64,000 bases of DNA from the human T2T-CHM13v2.0 reference genome, Homo sapiens. Position numbers and translations under genes: made by a program. The stretch lies in assembly GCF_009914755.1 (NCBI RefSeq), contig NC_060945.1; one strand, 5' to 3'. The first letter of the stretch is position 1. Each line of letters begins with the position of its first letter. The notes under the pieces were generated by a model, which was given only the letters and a program-made list of their open reading frames with translations, was not told the DNA's origin and ran no database searches. Below are positions 45,191 through 59,560 of the stretch, piece after piece.

Positions 45191-45516
45191 TGTATTAGCT
45201 ATGTACTCATTTGTAACCAGTTACCCCAAAGCTTAACACCTAAAAACAACAAAACATTTAATATTCCACAGATTCTGGGAGTAAGGAATTCAGAAACAGC
45301 TAAGCGAGGTGGCTCTAATCCAGAGCCTCTCATGAGCTTGCCATCAAAGTGTCAGCCAGCGCCGTGGTCATATGAAGGCTTTACTGGGGTTGAATTCCAG
45401 TAATGCTCGCTTAACCATGGTTTTGCTTTCTGAGGTTTCAGTCACCCACAGTCAACTATAGGCTGAAAATATTAAATGGAAAATTGCAGAAATCAACAAT
45501 TCATAAGCCTTAAATT
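45191..45516. repeat. Inverted copy of 46376-46711 (MLT1 3' end plus MER44 5' end)
   Basis: Reverse-complement alignment runs continuously across the element junction. Confidence 0.85.
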
Positions 45517-45744
45517 ATTTATTCAAAGTAATTATTTATTCCATTACTCTGTTAAATGTATACTCATATTTAAGTTGTGCTTATTAGCAGCATATTTTTT
45601 ATCATGTCTCCTAGTCTTTGTCATTGTACCAAAACATTTAATCTTTGTATTTAATATAGTTTCTGAGATATGTGGTTTGAAATCTACCCTTTTGTCTTTG
45701 ATTTTCTATTTGTTTCATTTTCTGTAATTCTTTTTCTCTCATTT

Positions 45745-46711
45745 TATTGCAGTATTAAACCATGTCCACAGATTCTCTGATAAGAAGTGGAACTTAATCT
45801 CTTTTTCCTTGAGTGTGGCCTAGACTTAGGGAGTCATTTCTATCAAATAGAATAAGGCAGAAATGACAGTCAGTGATTTTTAAAGACTAGATTAAAAAAG
45901 GCATGTACCTGCTTTATAAATTTTATAATTAATTTATATATTAATTGAGATTAACAATATTTAATAAAATAGAACTATTATAACAATATACTGTAATAAA
46001 AGTTATGTAAATGTGGTTCTCTCTCTCAAAATATCTTATTGTACTATAGATCTTAGCAACCTCGGCATATGATTTTTTTCTTTCCTTAGTAAGCTGAGAA
46101 CTTTCACCTTTTCACTTAAAGAAAGCACTTTCTGGCCTCTTTTTGGCTTATCTGAATTGCCAGCAGCACTACTTTTGTGCTTTGGTGCCATTATTAAGTA
46201 AAATAAGGGTGACTGGGACACAAGCACTGTGATACCGCAACAGATAACCTGGTAACTGAGATGACTGACTACTAAGTGATGAAAGGAAGGGTATACAGCA
46301 CGGATACACTGAACAAAGGGATGATTCACGTCCCAGTTGGCATGAGATTTCATCACCCTATTCAGAACGGTGTGCAATCTAAGGCTTCTGAGTTGTTTAT
46401 TTCTGCAATTTTACATTTAACGTTTTCAGACCATAGTTAACTGTGGGTGACTGAAATCTCAGAAAGCAAAACCATGGTTAATGGGTGGGGGTCGGGGGGC
46501 AGTTACTGTATTTCTACCCCAGGCAAGACTTCATGTGACTGAAGCCCTGGCTAACACCTTGACAGCAAGCTCATGAAAGACTCTGAGAGCCATCTAGCTT
46601 AGCTTTTTCCTAAATTCCTTACTCCTAGAATCTGTGAAACATTCAATGTTTTGTTGTTTTAAGTGTTAAGTTTTGGGACAACTTGTTACAAATCAGTAGA
46701 CAGCTAATACA
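45745..46711 (+). mobile_element. MLT1F/G-like LTR interrupted by MER44
   Basis: 5' part AATAGAATAAGGCAGAAATGACA; 3' part GCCCTGGCTAACACCTTGAC..TAGACAGCTAATACA. Confidence 0.7.
45915..46508 (-). mobile_element. MER44/Tigger7 non-autonomous element with transposase N-terminal remnant
   Basis: ORF remnant MAPKHKSS..KVLSLSEKVKVL (pogo/CENP-B-type N-terminus); CAGTA terminus with TA at 46509. Confidence 0.85.
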
Positions 46712-47259
46712 TATTTATTGCCTTATTTGGAATAATTTTTTATTCCTTTGCTCTGCTAAATGTTTGTTGATTATACCTTCTTTTAGTGGTTACTCTAAAT
46801 TACAACACGCATCTTTGACGTTAAAATCTAATGTAAATTAATACCTTTTAAATCACTCATGGACAAGGCAAAGTCCATAGGATACTTTGTTTTTTCCTGC
46901 CTGTAGGGTTACTTTTATCACATATTTTAATTCTCTGTCTATTTTTAAGCCTCACAAGATATTTTTAGTGTTTCATACTGTTGTATTTTACCATCTCCAT
47001 TGCTCCTCATTCCTTCTTGCAGTGTACATTTCCATAGGAAATCATTTTGCTTCTTCTCAAAGAATTCTTTTTATAATTTTTCTGTATTGCAATACTCTGG
47101 TGACAAATTTTCTGTTTTTGTTGATCTGAAACTGTCTTTATTCTGTCTTTATTTTAAAATATATTTTCACTGAGTAAAGAGTTCTGTTTGCAGTTATTTT
47201 CTTTTAGCACTTTGAAGATGCCACTCCATTACTTTCTGACTTCTACTTTTTCTGTTTAG

Positions 47260-47671
<412 letters not shown>

Positions 47672-47730
47672 ATGTTTTTGGTTTTCAATGCAGTTTTACT
47701 ATGATGTACTTAGATGTAGTTTTCTTAGTA

Positions 47731-47919
47731 CAGTCATGCATCATATAACCATGTTTCAGTCAATGACAGACCACTTACACATCAGAGGTCCTATAAGATT
47801 GTAATGGAGCATAAATAGAAACCTGATGTACGGCACTTGATGTTGGCATTACAAATCAAATAGGGGAAATGATTGATATTCAGTATTGGTGCTGAGACAT
47901 TTGGTTTTTCATATGAAGC

Positions 47920-47955
<36 letters not shown>

Positions 47956-48084
47956 AACTAAAAATATGTATACATCCAGTTTTATGTAAGTACACACTAA
48001 CACACTATGAGGTTCACACAATGACAAAATTGCCTAATGATATATTTCTCAGAACCTATCCTGTCATTAAGTGACACATGACTG
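47731..48084 (+). mobile_element. Tigger3-derived MITE (Tigger3d-like) containing (TG)n
   Basis: TA-CAGTCATG...CATGACTG-TA termini. Confidence 0.88.
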
Positions 48085-49069
48085 TATTTATCCTGCTTGG
48101 TGTTTTTAGCACTTTTTAAACTGTGGCTTGTTACCTTTCAGTAGTTGTGGAAACTTCTTGGCTATCGTCTCTTTGAACACTGTTCCTACCTATTCTCATT
48201 CTCCTCTCCTGGAATTTTGAATACATACATAGTGGACCTTTCATCATGTAACCTTACATCTCTTATGTTTCTTTTTGTATGTTTCTGTATGTACCATTTA
48301 TAAACAAAACAAAACTATTTCAATCTGGTTATTTCCTCTGACTGATCTTCCAGTTCATTAATTCCTTTTTCAGCTTTCTGTCACTTACTATTATATTCAT
48401 TCATTAATTTCTTAATTTCAGTTCAAGCATTTTTCAGTTGTAGAATGTCCACTTTCTTCTTTTTACAGGTTCAAGTTCTCTGCTGAGGGTTTCCACATAG
48501 CCATCTAATTTCTTGGATTTATTAATCACATATATTTTAAACTAAATATCTGATAAATCCTGTGAGGCTGTTCCTTTCTCTGTTGATTTCTCTCAGTTTT
48601 CTGTTATGTGTTCATGTCTCCTGGTGTATGAAGTAATTTGCAATTAAACACAAAGCATTTTGTATAAAAATTGTTGAGACAATTTGCAGCTCTGTATGTT
48701 TTGAAGTCAGTTGGTTTGGAATGACTTGCCTATGCAGATATTGGGGTGATTAGAGTCTGAGTTTCAGTACCTGTGAGGCTGTTCTCCCAAGTATAGCTCT
48801 CTGAGCACCCCAGTGGAAAGCCTGTGCTCTTTACCAGCACCTCTTTTCTTTGGAGAGTCCTTCACTCCAATTTTGTTCCTGCTCCCTGCAAGACATGCAG
48901 AAGTTTCTTAGCTTCTCAGCATCTTTCTGAGAAACATAAAATGCCTTGAGGAGAAAAATAAAGTAATGGACATATGTCAGACTTATCTCACTTCTCACTT
49001 CTTTTTAACTTTCCTTTTTTCCCCAAGATATTGGCTCCTCAAGTCCTTGCTACTTTGGTTTGATGTCTC

Positions 49070-49072
<3 letters not shown>

Positions 49073-49112
<40 letters not shown>

Positions 49113-49117
49113 AGAGA
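49073..49117. repeat. (AC)n(AG)n microsatellite
   Basis: Directly visible. Confidence 0.95.
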
Positions 49118-50879
49118 AGTGATTTAAAATTGTTAATTTTTCTCTGTGTGAGTGTTAATTTGTAACACACTATTCCACCACCATCGATGGAGGTAGTAAT
49201 CTTTCAAAACCTACTTTCCACAAACCAAATAAATAACTCCACCTAACTTTAGGGCAGGCAACCTGGTATGCTTCTGAGAACCAGTTCTGTGAACACACAG
49301 ATCATGCTTATGATTTCAGCCAGTGCATCAATTTAAACTAAAAGTTTAAGATGTTTATTTTTCCTCATTTTATTATTTCTCTTATTTGTTCTATAGTCAT
49401 CTTAATCTGTGTAAGAAATACTGAAGCTGTCCAAAAGTTCAAATTTGAACCCAATGCTGAATTTAAAGGTGTTGCCCCAAAAAACATTAGGTAAACATGC
49501 AAGGATCGTCACTGTTAACCTGTTACGCAATATGACCTGGTCCCCAGGCTACATAATTTTAGAGTCATTCTTTACATTTCAAGCTCTGCAAGCACTTGGA
49601 GAAGTGGTGTTCTGTGGACTCTTACTTCTTCCTGACTTTTTGATGTTCTCTTTTGTCAATGTGACCAACCAATTTTGAATCAGAGCTACTGGCATCTTTA
49701 GAATGACATGTATGGTGGCTCAGAACTGTACCCTTTAAAACTCAGCTCCAGTAAAGGGAGATTCTGAGCATTTTAAGATGTTGGAAATTGAGTTGCATCC
49801 TGCATTAAAGGCATTTCTTCTTTATATAAACTGTAGGATTCTGTTAAGACAGAAATGGGGAGAGCTAATGGGCTATTCTGAAAGAACTACCCATTAAATG
49901 GTAAAGTACGGTATGTTTTAAAGTGACAAACCCAAGAGCTGAAAATGACTCTTTGATCTTTAAAAGGCTCATAAACGGTGGCAGCGTACTCACAGACCTA
50001 TATTTATGTATTCAAATATTGGGAGGAAATCCAAGTAGAGTCTCAAGACTGCGGGACTTTGCAATTTAGACAAAAAGAGGCCAGGGAGGAGGGCAATTAA
50101 ATCAAACTTTTTACAGCATAAAGCAAGCTTTCTTCCCTCCTTGTTAATCAATGAACTAGAATCTTGGTAAGGGCTTGCTTTTTAAGTGGGGTTTGAGCCA
50201 ATCTTTACACAGATGTGAGGTATTTGTGAAGAAAGAAAGAGACAATTGAAACCACAACCAATAGTGTTTTGTTTTTGAATTAAATCTGTGGTTGGTGCCA
50301 TTCTGTTTTACTTTGATGAAGGGTCTCTAACCATCTCCTACTCCTCAGTGCCCACAAACATATATCCCCGTTGCCTGGTATTGAAACCATTAGCCACATC
50401 CGGAAGGGCTAATCTATGGACAACATGCCTATAGCCTCTGTTTCATGGAACAACCCGAGAGGGCTCATAAACAACTGCAGGGACATTGTAAGGGCTTTGA
50501 GGATGGCGGTTGTTAAGAAACATTCAAAGAAAGTCAGATCACCATGTGACTTACACTGATGAATACTTTCAGCCTCAACGGCACGTTGGCGTTTTCCTCT
50601 GACCCAAATGATGCAACAGAAATAAATTCTACCTTGCATACAAGAACCACAGGCACTGGAATGTGGAATCCGAAGCTTTTCTACCTGGTTCCCCTGGTGA
50701 CCACAGGTATTTAATGGTCACATTACAGATTAGTTTATGGGATTCCAAGAGGACTATGGACCAGAGCAAACTCAGTTGATCCAAAATTGAGTTTTGATCA
50801 TGTTAGCAGTCTACTTCAACCAAATTTTGTGGATAATGACAAAATAAATATGCATTCTTTAACCACCTAAGCTAATAAA

Positions 50880-51790
<911 letters not shown>

Positions 51791-52181
51791 TTTTATTTTT
51801 CCCTTTTATATCAGTAGCTAAATGAGATGGGTATCTAAAAATCTGTATCTTACATGTGTGGAAGCTGAGACTTGGAGATTTCAAGTCATTTGACTACGTT
51901 TATAGAGCATAGGTTCTGGAAATGCGACATGTGTCAAGGAGCATGTCACCCAAAACCAATTCATAGAAAACCTGCCTAATGATTGATCACCTAATGGCTA
52001 ATTCTCTTAAAATTCACCTCTTTGAAAGTTTCACATCTGTAAGCTCTTCATGTAAAACTAAACACAAGGTAACATAATTGATTAAAACTAACTAAAAAAA
52101 TATTAACTAAATTTTGAGAAAAGTATCTTTAGAAAATCTGGCTTAAAAGTCTCTCATTTATTCACAAGGAAAAATGACACT

Positions 52182-52542
52182 TGCTATTTTCTAAATGTGT
52201 GCATACCCTCTACACTCATATACTGAAATCCTAACCTCCAAAGTGAGTATCAGGAGGTGGGGCATTTGGGAGGTGATTAGGTCATGAAAGTGGAGGCCTC
52301 ATGAATGGGGTTAGTACCCTTACAAACGAGGCCCAAGGGAACTCTTTCACCCTTTGCACCATGCAAAGACAAAGCAAGAAGTCAGCTGTTTATAACTCAG
52401 ACAGCGTCCTCACCAGAACCCAACCATGTTGCCAGTCTGATCTTGAACTTCCCAACCTCCAGAACTGAGAGAAAAAATTCCTATCATTTATAAGCCACTC
52501 AGTCTATGATATTTTGTTATAACAGCCCCAATGGACTAAGAC
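52182..52542 (+). mobile_element. MLT1A-like solo LTR
   Basis: TTTGGGAGGTGATTAGGTCATGA..GGACTAAGACA; TSD ACACT/ACACC. Confidence 0.85.
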
Positions 52543-53025
52543 AACACCAAAATGTTTTTAAAAAATTCATTATTTACAAAACACTGCAAATTTGATGACT
52601 GCTTATCAAAGATTTAAAAAAGAGAGATGGCCTTAGATATATTGAATATTTAAAAAAGCAAGATGGCAAATAAAAATGGCACATGGAAATACTGCAAAAA
52701 CCTCTAAAGTTGGATGGAATTTTAAGGGCATTTGTCAGGCACATGGATCACAGTCGAAGTGGTTTCTAACAAATCCACCTAGACATTTTAGGTTTGTTGG
52801 AAACTTGGGGCAGAGTTGCCGATGAACTAGCAGGGGAAGCACCTTATGGTAGATGCTAGTGCTACCCTCACACCTCCCCTCGCTGCCTCATTATTTTGTA
52901 GTCGTTGAACACCCTGAAGGGCTCTTAAGAATCTGGAAGAAATCAGAATCTGAAAGAAGATAAAGCACTTTTACCCCTGGTCAGTGCTTCTGCCAAAGTT
53001 GACTCATAGAAACCATTTACGTGTA

Positions 53026-53490
53026 TGTCAGTTATAATTCGGTTTGTTTGCAGTGACAGAGAACCCCACATTTGAATGCTTTATGTGAGAGATAGATGTT
53101 TAATTTCTTTCATGGTAGATGAATCCAGACACAAGCAATCCAGGGTTGGGATGGGGCCTCCACAAAGACACTCGGCCAAGCTCCTCCTAACACCATCCAC
53201 CCTTCTAGGGATGTGGTGCTCTTTCTCTAATCATCACCTCTTCATTTCAGGCAGTAGGGCTGGGGCAGAAATGGAGAATGGGCAAAGCATGTAAACTTTA
53301 AAGAAAGTTTTCTGGAAACTGCCATACCCACCTTTATTTAGATAACATTGGCCAGAAATTTGTCATATGGGACACCAAGCTGTGAGGAGGCTGGGTGGTG
53401 TGGTCTTTCTTCCAGGCCGTCATGTCCCCAAGGGAATCTATGACTAAGGAAAACCGATATTGGGGTAGGCAACTAGAAATTTTTACCTCT
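53026..53490 (-). mobile_element. MLT1J-like LTR
   Basis: CATTGGCCAGAA..GTCATATGG..GGAGGCTGGG..GGGGTAGGCAACTAG. Confidence 0.6.
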
Positions 53491-54104
53491 CTAAAGTTCT
53501 TTAATGGAAGAAAGGTACAAGTATTTCAGCTATATAAATCCTATTGCTTTTGTAGGTTTTAACATGCAAGGAATTCTGTTTGACAATCAAACTCAAGGCA
53601 CGCACAGGCTTAGTGAACTCCCTCCATTCTTCACTGCCAGGTGATGTAGGGAGAAGGTGGAGCCAACACTCAGCCCACTGCCCATCAGCAGTAAGGCCAA
53701 AGGAAGAGGAAATTCCTCACCTATTAACATGGACAATGAGACCATGGGGAGGACAGTTCAAGGGTCTTCTGGCTTTGCAAAGGGTCAGATCTGGATCACC
53801 GAATACATGTTGGAAGATGGAATACTGCTTTCCTGTTAAGTCCATGTATATGGCTCTCATGCACCATTCCTGACAAGGGCAGACCAGTTTTTCTTCAGCT
53901 ACCACAGTTTCCACCTGAGTGGATTCTTCATAGTTGTACTGGAAGAAATCTTGAAGAGCATTGAGTTCAGGGTTCCCTTCTGCCCCACTATCAGACTGGG
54001 GTTCCTAGATAAACTTGCCCCTCTCCAAATTTTCATCTCAGAGAATGGCCATTTCATGCTTCTAGTTGTTTAGGCCCCAAACCGTATTTTTCTAATGCAC
54101 CATA

Positions 54105-54457
54105 TGATATGGTTTGGATTTGTGTCCCTGCCCAAATCTTATGTCATATCATAATCACCAGTGTTGGAGGAGGGGCCTGGTAGAAGGTGACTTGGATCAT
54201 GGGGGCGGACGTCCCCCTTGCTGTTCTCGTGATAGCGAGTTCTCATGAGATCTGTTTTTTTTTTGTTGTTGTTGTTTGTTTTGTTTTGTTTTGTTTTGAG
54301 ACAAGGTCTCACTCTGTCATCCAGGCTGAAGTGCAGTGTGGTGTGATAGCTCATTGCAACCTCAACCTCCTTGGCTCAAGTGATCCTCCCACCTCAGCCT
54401 CCCAAGTAGCTGGGACCGCAGGCATCTGCCACCATGCCTGGCTAACTTATTTTTGCA

Positions 54458-54491
<34 letters not shown>

Positions 54492-54759
54492 TAGAGATGA
54501 GTTTTGCCATGTTGCCAGACTGAGATCTGGTTGTTTAAAAGTGTGTAGCACCTCCTCCTTTTCCCCTTCCCCCTCCTCCCAGCATGTAAGACGTGCCTAC
54601 TTCCTCTTCACCTTCCAGCACAACTGTAAGTTTTCTGAGGTCTCCCTAGCCATGCTTCCTGTGTAGCCTGCAGAACTGTGAGTCAATTAAACCTCTTTTC
54701 TTTATAAATTACCCAGGCTTAGGTAGTTCTTTACAGCAATGTGAGAATGAACTAATACA
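54105..54759 (+). mobile_element. MSTA-like solo LTR, perfect TSD CCATA, inside L2
   Basis: TGATATGGTTTGGAT...ACTAATACA. Confidence 0.9.
54255..54520 (-). mobile_element. 5'-truncated AluJ nested in the MSTA LTR, TSD TGAGATCTG
   Basis: Right arm, linker and a short left-arm piece. Confidence 0.9.
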
Positions 54760-55297
54760 CCATATCTAATCCAACAGCACATCCTGTTGGATCTACTTTC
54801 AGAATAGATTCAGAATCCAACAACTTCTTACCTCTGCCACTGCAATAATCTCCTACATGGAGGTCCCAGTGGGTGAATGGGAACTGAAACCCAACCCTGC
54901 TCCACTGGCTGAGCTGTGTACCTTTCTCCAAGGCTGCACCCACCTGGAAGAAGGGGCACCCTTTTCTATATATACCAAGATGCCCTCTACAGGCATCTAG
55001 CAACTTCCCAGTAGTTCGTGTTACCTCTCTGCTCAAAACCCTCTCACTCAGAAGAAACGCCAAAATCTCACAATGGCAGCACTATGGAACTTGGCCCAGG
55101 TACCTCTGTGATGCCATGTCCTTCAGCCACACTGGCCTCCGGCGAGCTCCGCCTTTACACTCACTATTCCTTTTACCTAAATTGGCTAACTTTCCCACAT
55201 CCTTCCAGTTTCTTCACAGGGGGCCCTTCCCTGGATTGTAGCACCCCAACCCTGGTGTGTCCATCTCTTTGGCCCTCCATAGCCACATCCTCATCTA

Positions 55298-56157
55298 CTG
55301 TGCCTAAAATTGTGTCCCCTAAAAGTTATATTCAAGACTTAACGCCTAAGACCTGTGGATGTGACCTTGTTTGGAAATAAGGTGTTTCCAGATAGAATCA
55401 AGATGAGGTCATACAATCAAGATGAATCAAGATGGATTCAGGTGGGCCTAATCCAAGGACTGGCATCCTGGTAAGAACAGAGAAATTTGGACATAGAGAC
55501 CCCCAGGGGAGAAGGTCTTGAGGAAGGAGGCGGCAATGGGAGTGATGCATCGAGGCAAGCATCCTAGTCCATTTGTGTTGATAAAATACCTGAGAATGGG
55601 CAATTTATAAACAATAGAAATGTATTTTCTCACAGATCTGGAGGCTGGGATGTCCAAGGCACTTGTGGGTTTGGTGTCTAACAGGAGCTCGGTCTTTGTT
55701 TCCAAGATGATGCCTCGTTGCTACCAGAGAGGATGGATGCTGTGTCTTACGTGGTGGAAGGGGCAAAAGGGTAAAAATGGGCCTGGCTGGTTCCCTCCAG
55801 CCCTTTGTAAGACACTAATCCCATTCATGAGGGCTCCAACCTCATGACGGAACCACCTCCTAAAGGCCCCACTTCTGTGACTACTGCCAGGTTGGTGATT
55901 ACGTTTCAACATAGGAATTTTGGGGGACACATTTAAACTGTAGCAGCAAGGAGCACAAAGGATTGCAGAATCCACCAGAAATGGAGAAGGAGAAAGACCT
56001 GGAACAAATTCTCCCTCAGATCCTTCAGAAGGAATCCACCCTGCTGACACCTTGATCTTAGACTTCTGGCCACCGTAACTGTGAGACAATACATTTCTGT
56101 TGTTTTAAGCCACCAAGTTTGTGGTTCTTTGTTATATTAGCCCTAGAGGAAACAATT
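55298..56157 (+). mobile_element. MLT1B-like LTR interrupted by an MST LTR
   Basis: GTGACCTTGTTTGGAAATAAGG; CCCTGCTGACACCTTGATC; TTTTAAGCCACCAAGTTTGTGG. Confidence 0.85.
55560..55945 (-). mobile_element. MST(C/D)-like LTR, TSD GCAAG
   Basis: TSD at 55555-55559 and 55946-55950. Confidence 0.85.
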
Positions 56158-56515
56158 ACCCCGTCCACCATACAATATGTTACTTATTAATTTGCTTAGG
56201 GTCTGCCTCCCCATTAGGAGGGAGAGGATTCTGTCTGTGTTTATTGCCACGTCTCCTGTGGCTGGCATGGGGCCTGGCACAGAGTAGATGCCACAAATAC
56301 TTCCTGGAAAAATGAATAAAAGTTCACTCAGCTGAACCTGGTATGTGGGTCTCCCAGCACCTCCTGTGGCCATTTCTGCTGCATCCTCCGCCACTCCCAC
56401 CTGCAGCGGGTGACTGACTCTTCAGTGACAGAGGAGCTGCACACAGGTGGCGAAACACATCTCATGTGGACGTCTGAACCTAGTGCCTGCCCAGGCTGCT
56501 AGATACCTGAGACTG

Positions 56516-56879
56516 TGATATGGTTTGGCTGTAATCCCACCCAACTGTCATCTCGAATTGTAGCTCCCATAATTCCTACATGTTGTGGGAGGAACCTGGT
56601 GGGAGATAATTGAATCATGGGGGACGGTTTCCCCCATACTGTCCTTGTGGTAGTGAATAAGTCTCACAAGATCTGACGGTTTTATAAGGGGTTCCCCCTT
56701 TCACTTGGCTCTCATTTTCTCTCTTGCAGCCGCCATGTAGGAAGTGCCTTTAGCCTTCTGCCATGATTGTGAGGCCTCCCCAGCCATGTGCAACTGTGAG
56801 TCCATTCAACCTCTTTTTCTTTATAAATTACCCAGTCTCGGGGATGTCTTTGTCAGCAGCATGAAAACAGACTAATACA
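56516..56879 (+). mobile_element. THE1C-like solo LTR, TSD GACTG
   Basis: TGATATGGTTTGGCTGT...GACTAATACA. Confidence 0.93.
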
Positions 56880-57069
56880 GACTGGTATCTAGAAACTCAC
56901 CGATCTTATGCAGTTCTTCCCACCAGAGATGTGGTTCTTTTCTCTGGAACTAGGACACAGGGAGAGTGTGAGTTATCCTAGGGCATGATCTGGGTCTTAT
57001 TCAATTTGGAATCCCCAGTAATAGGCAGAGAGAAAGCACAGGACAGAGAGCTGTTGAACGAATTACTGG

Positions 57070-57300
57070 GTAATAATAGCTTATATTTTTTAGAGCATTC
57101 ATAAGGTAGCAGGCACTGTTCAAAGAGCTTGGCGTGCTTCAATGCATGTCAACCTCACAATAAACCTATTATTTTAATTTTACAGACTGGGAAAGTGAGG
57201 TGCAGAGGTATTTTGCAACGTGCCCACAGAACCCCAGCGAGCCCGTGTTGGAGTTACAACTGTGCCTCAGGGAGCATTCTCAGGCAGCATTCTCTTATGC
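57070..57300 (-). mobile_element. MIR
   Basis: ATTTTACAGACTGGGAAAGTGAGG. Confidence 0.65.
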
Positions 57301-57877
57301 TTCACCGTCTCACAGATGATAAGGTTTCATTCAAGGACTTACAACAGCAACCCGGAGGGAGCATTCTCAGTGGCTGGTAGATGCCATTTGTACTGAGCAG
57401 GACAATTAAGCCCAATTCTGGAAAAATTCTGCTTTCTCTATTCAATGCATTTTATAAATGTCTTCACTCAGCACATTTACCCTACTAATTATATTTTGCT
57501 TTGTGATCATGGTATGTCATTTGCATTCCTTCAGCACACACTGACTGATGGGGAAGAGATGTTGGGTGACCCAGGCAAGCCAAACAGGATTAAAGCCTGC
57601 TGTCTCACCAGGTGGATAATCCACTTTGAACACTTGAGAGGGGAGTGTTGAGATCACACCCCTTCCCATGGGACATTTTTCTGGGAAATAAAATCGGTGA
57701 CAAACACCACGCTTGAACACTCACATTGACTCTAGGGTGCAGGCTGAGCTCATCTGGTGCAGGGGAGTAATGCAGAGGCGAGGCCTGAGTCAGCGCCAGG
57801 CACAGGAAGGGGATGCAGGATGCACCACAGCCCATGCCTCTTAGGAGAAAATCTGGGCCTTCTCCATGGCTGTGTCT

Positions 57878-58334
57878 CTATTAATTTGCTAAGGCTGCCC
57901 AAATAAAGCACCACACATGGGCAGCTTACATAACAGGAATTTATTCTCAGTTCTGGAGGCCGGCAGTCTGAGATCAAGGTGTCAGCACAGCTGGTTCCTT
58001 CTGAGGACTGTGCAGGAGAATCTGTTCCAGGCCTCTCCCTGAACTTCTGGGGGTCACTGGCCATATTTGGCATTCCTTGGCTTATAGAAGCAATACCCCA
58101 ATTTCTGCCTTCATCCGCATGTGGCATTCTCCCTGTGTGCGTGTTTCTGTGTCCACATTTTTCCTTTTTATAAGGATACCAGTCATGTTGGAGGTCTACC
58201 CTACTCCTTGATGACCTTATCTTAACTAGTTATATCTGCAACAAACCTATTTCCAAATTAGGTCACATTCTGAGGTCCTGGGGGTTAGGACTTTAACATA
58301 TGAATTTTAAGAGGACACAATCCAACCCATAATA
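57878..58334 (-). mobile_element. MLT1B/C-like LTR
   Basis: CAGTTCTGGAGGC..GAGATCAAGGTGTCAGCA; CCTATTTCCAAATTAGGTCACATTCTGAGG. Confidence 0.85.
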
Positions 58335-59109
58335 GTAACTTTGTCCCTCTCTCTCTTTTGACACAATAATGACCCTATGCAGGGATATTTCTAGGTGGCT
58401 ACTGTCTGTGTGTGTGTGGTAGGGGGACTTCTAGTACTGTTTTGGATTACTGTTGACAGACAGCAGCCTGAGGCTAGGAAGCACTTTGGGGCCATGACTT
58501 AGAGCAAAGCTAGTAAGTTTTCTCAGGAATTTGAACCCAGAATTTCATCCCCATGGCACTTTAATCCAGTACATTTAATGGCTCAGATGACCCTGGCCTT
58601 ATCAGCCTGGTGCTCTAAGCAGCTGACCTAACAGTGTGTGCATGCGTGTATGCACATGTGTATGTTATGTGCATATATAAGTGCATACACATAATGTTGG
58701 ACACAGAAATATCTCTGAGAACTGTCCCTTTATCACCCTTCAGATAAAATTATTCTCAGCTTGCTTAGTTGCAGTGTTTCTTACTTTGCATCTCCTAACA
58801 CTTTCATACATTTCTCCCGAAGTGCATAGGCAAGGAGCTTCAACGGAATTCAATGTCAACCTGGTCATCTTACCATGATTTCTAGGAAAAAATGTGTGTA
58901 ATTGGTTCATGCCCTCCTTCTGTACAGATTACAATTCTCCTTTTTTGGCATGAAAACCTCCATCTGTCTTTTGAAAGCACATGTCACTTATTTATTAAAG
59001 TCCTCCCCAACTTGTTCAGGTTGAGTTTCACTAGTACCTTTCTGGAGTATTTTATACCTATGTTATAGCCCCATATGTTATACTTTGGATGTCTGTTTAC
59101 CTGTCTGTA

Positions 59110-59560
<451 letters not shown>

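Noticed and set aside
46036-46377. ORF with transposase-like MAPKHKSS..LSEKVKVL
   Set aside because: Short fossil N-terminus within internally deleted MER44; no catalytic domain, so not a domesticated gene
49720-49915. Possible MER104/Tc2-like MITE
   Set aside because: Too diverged to call by eye
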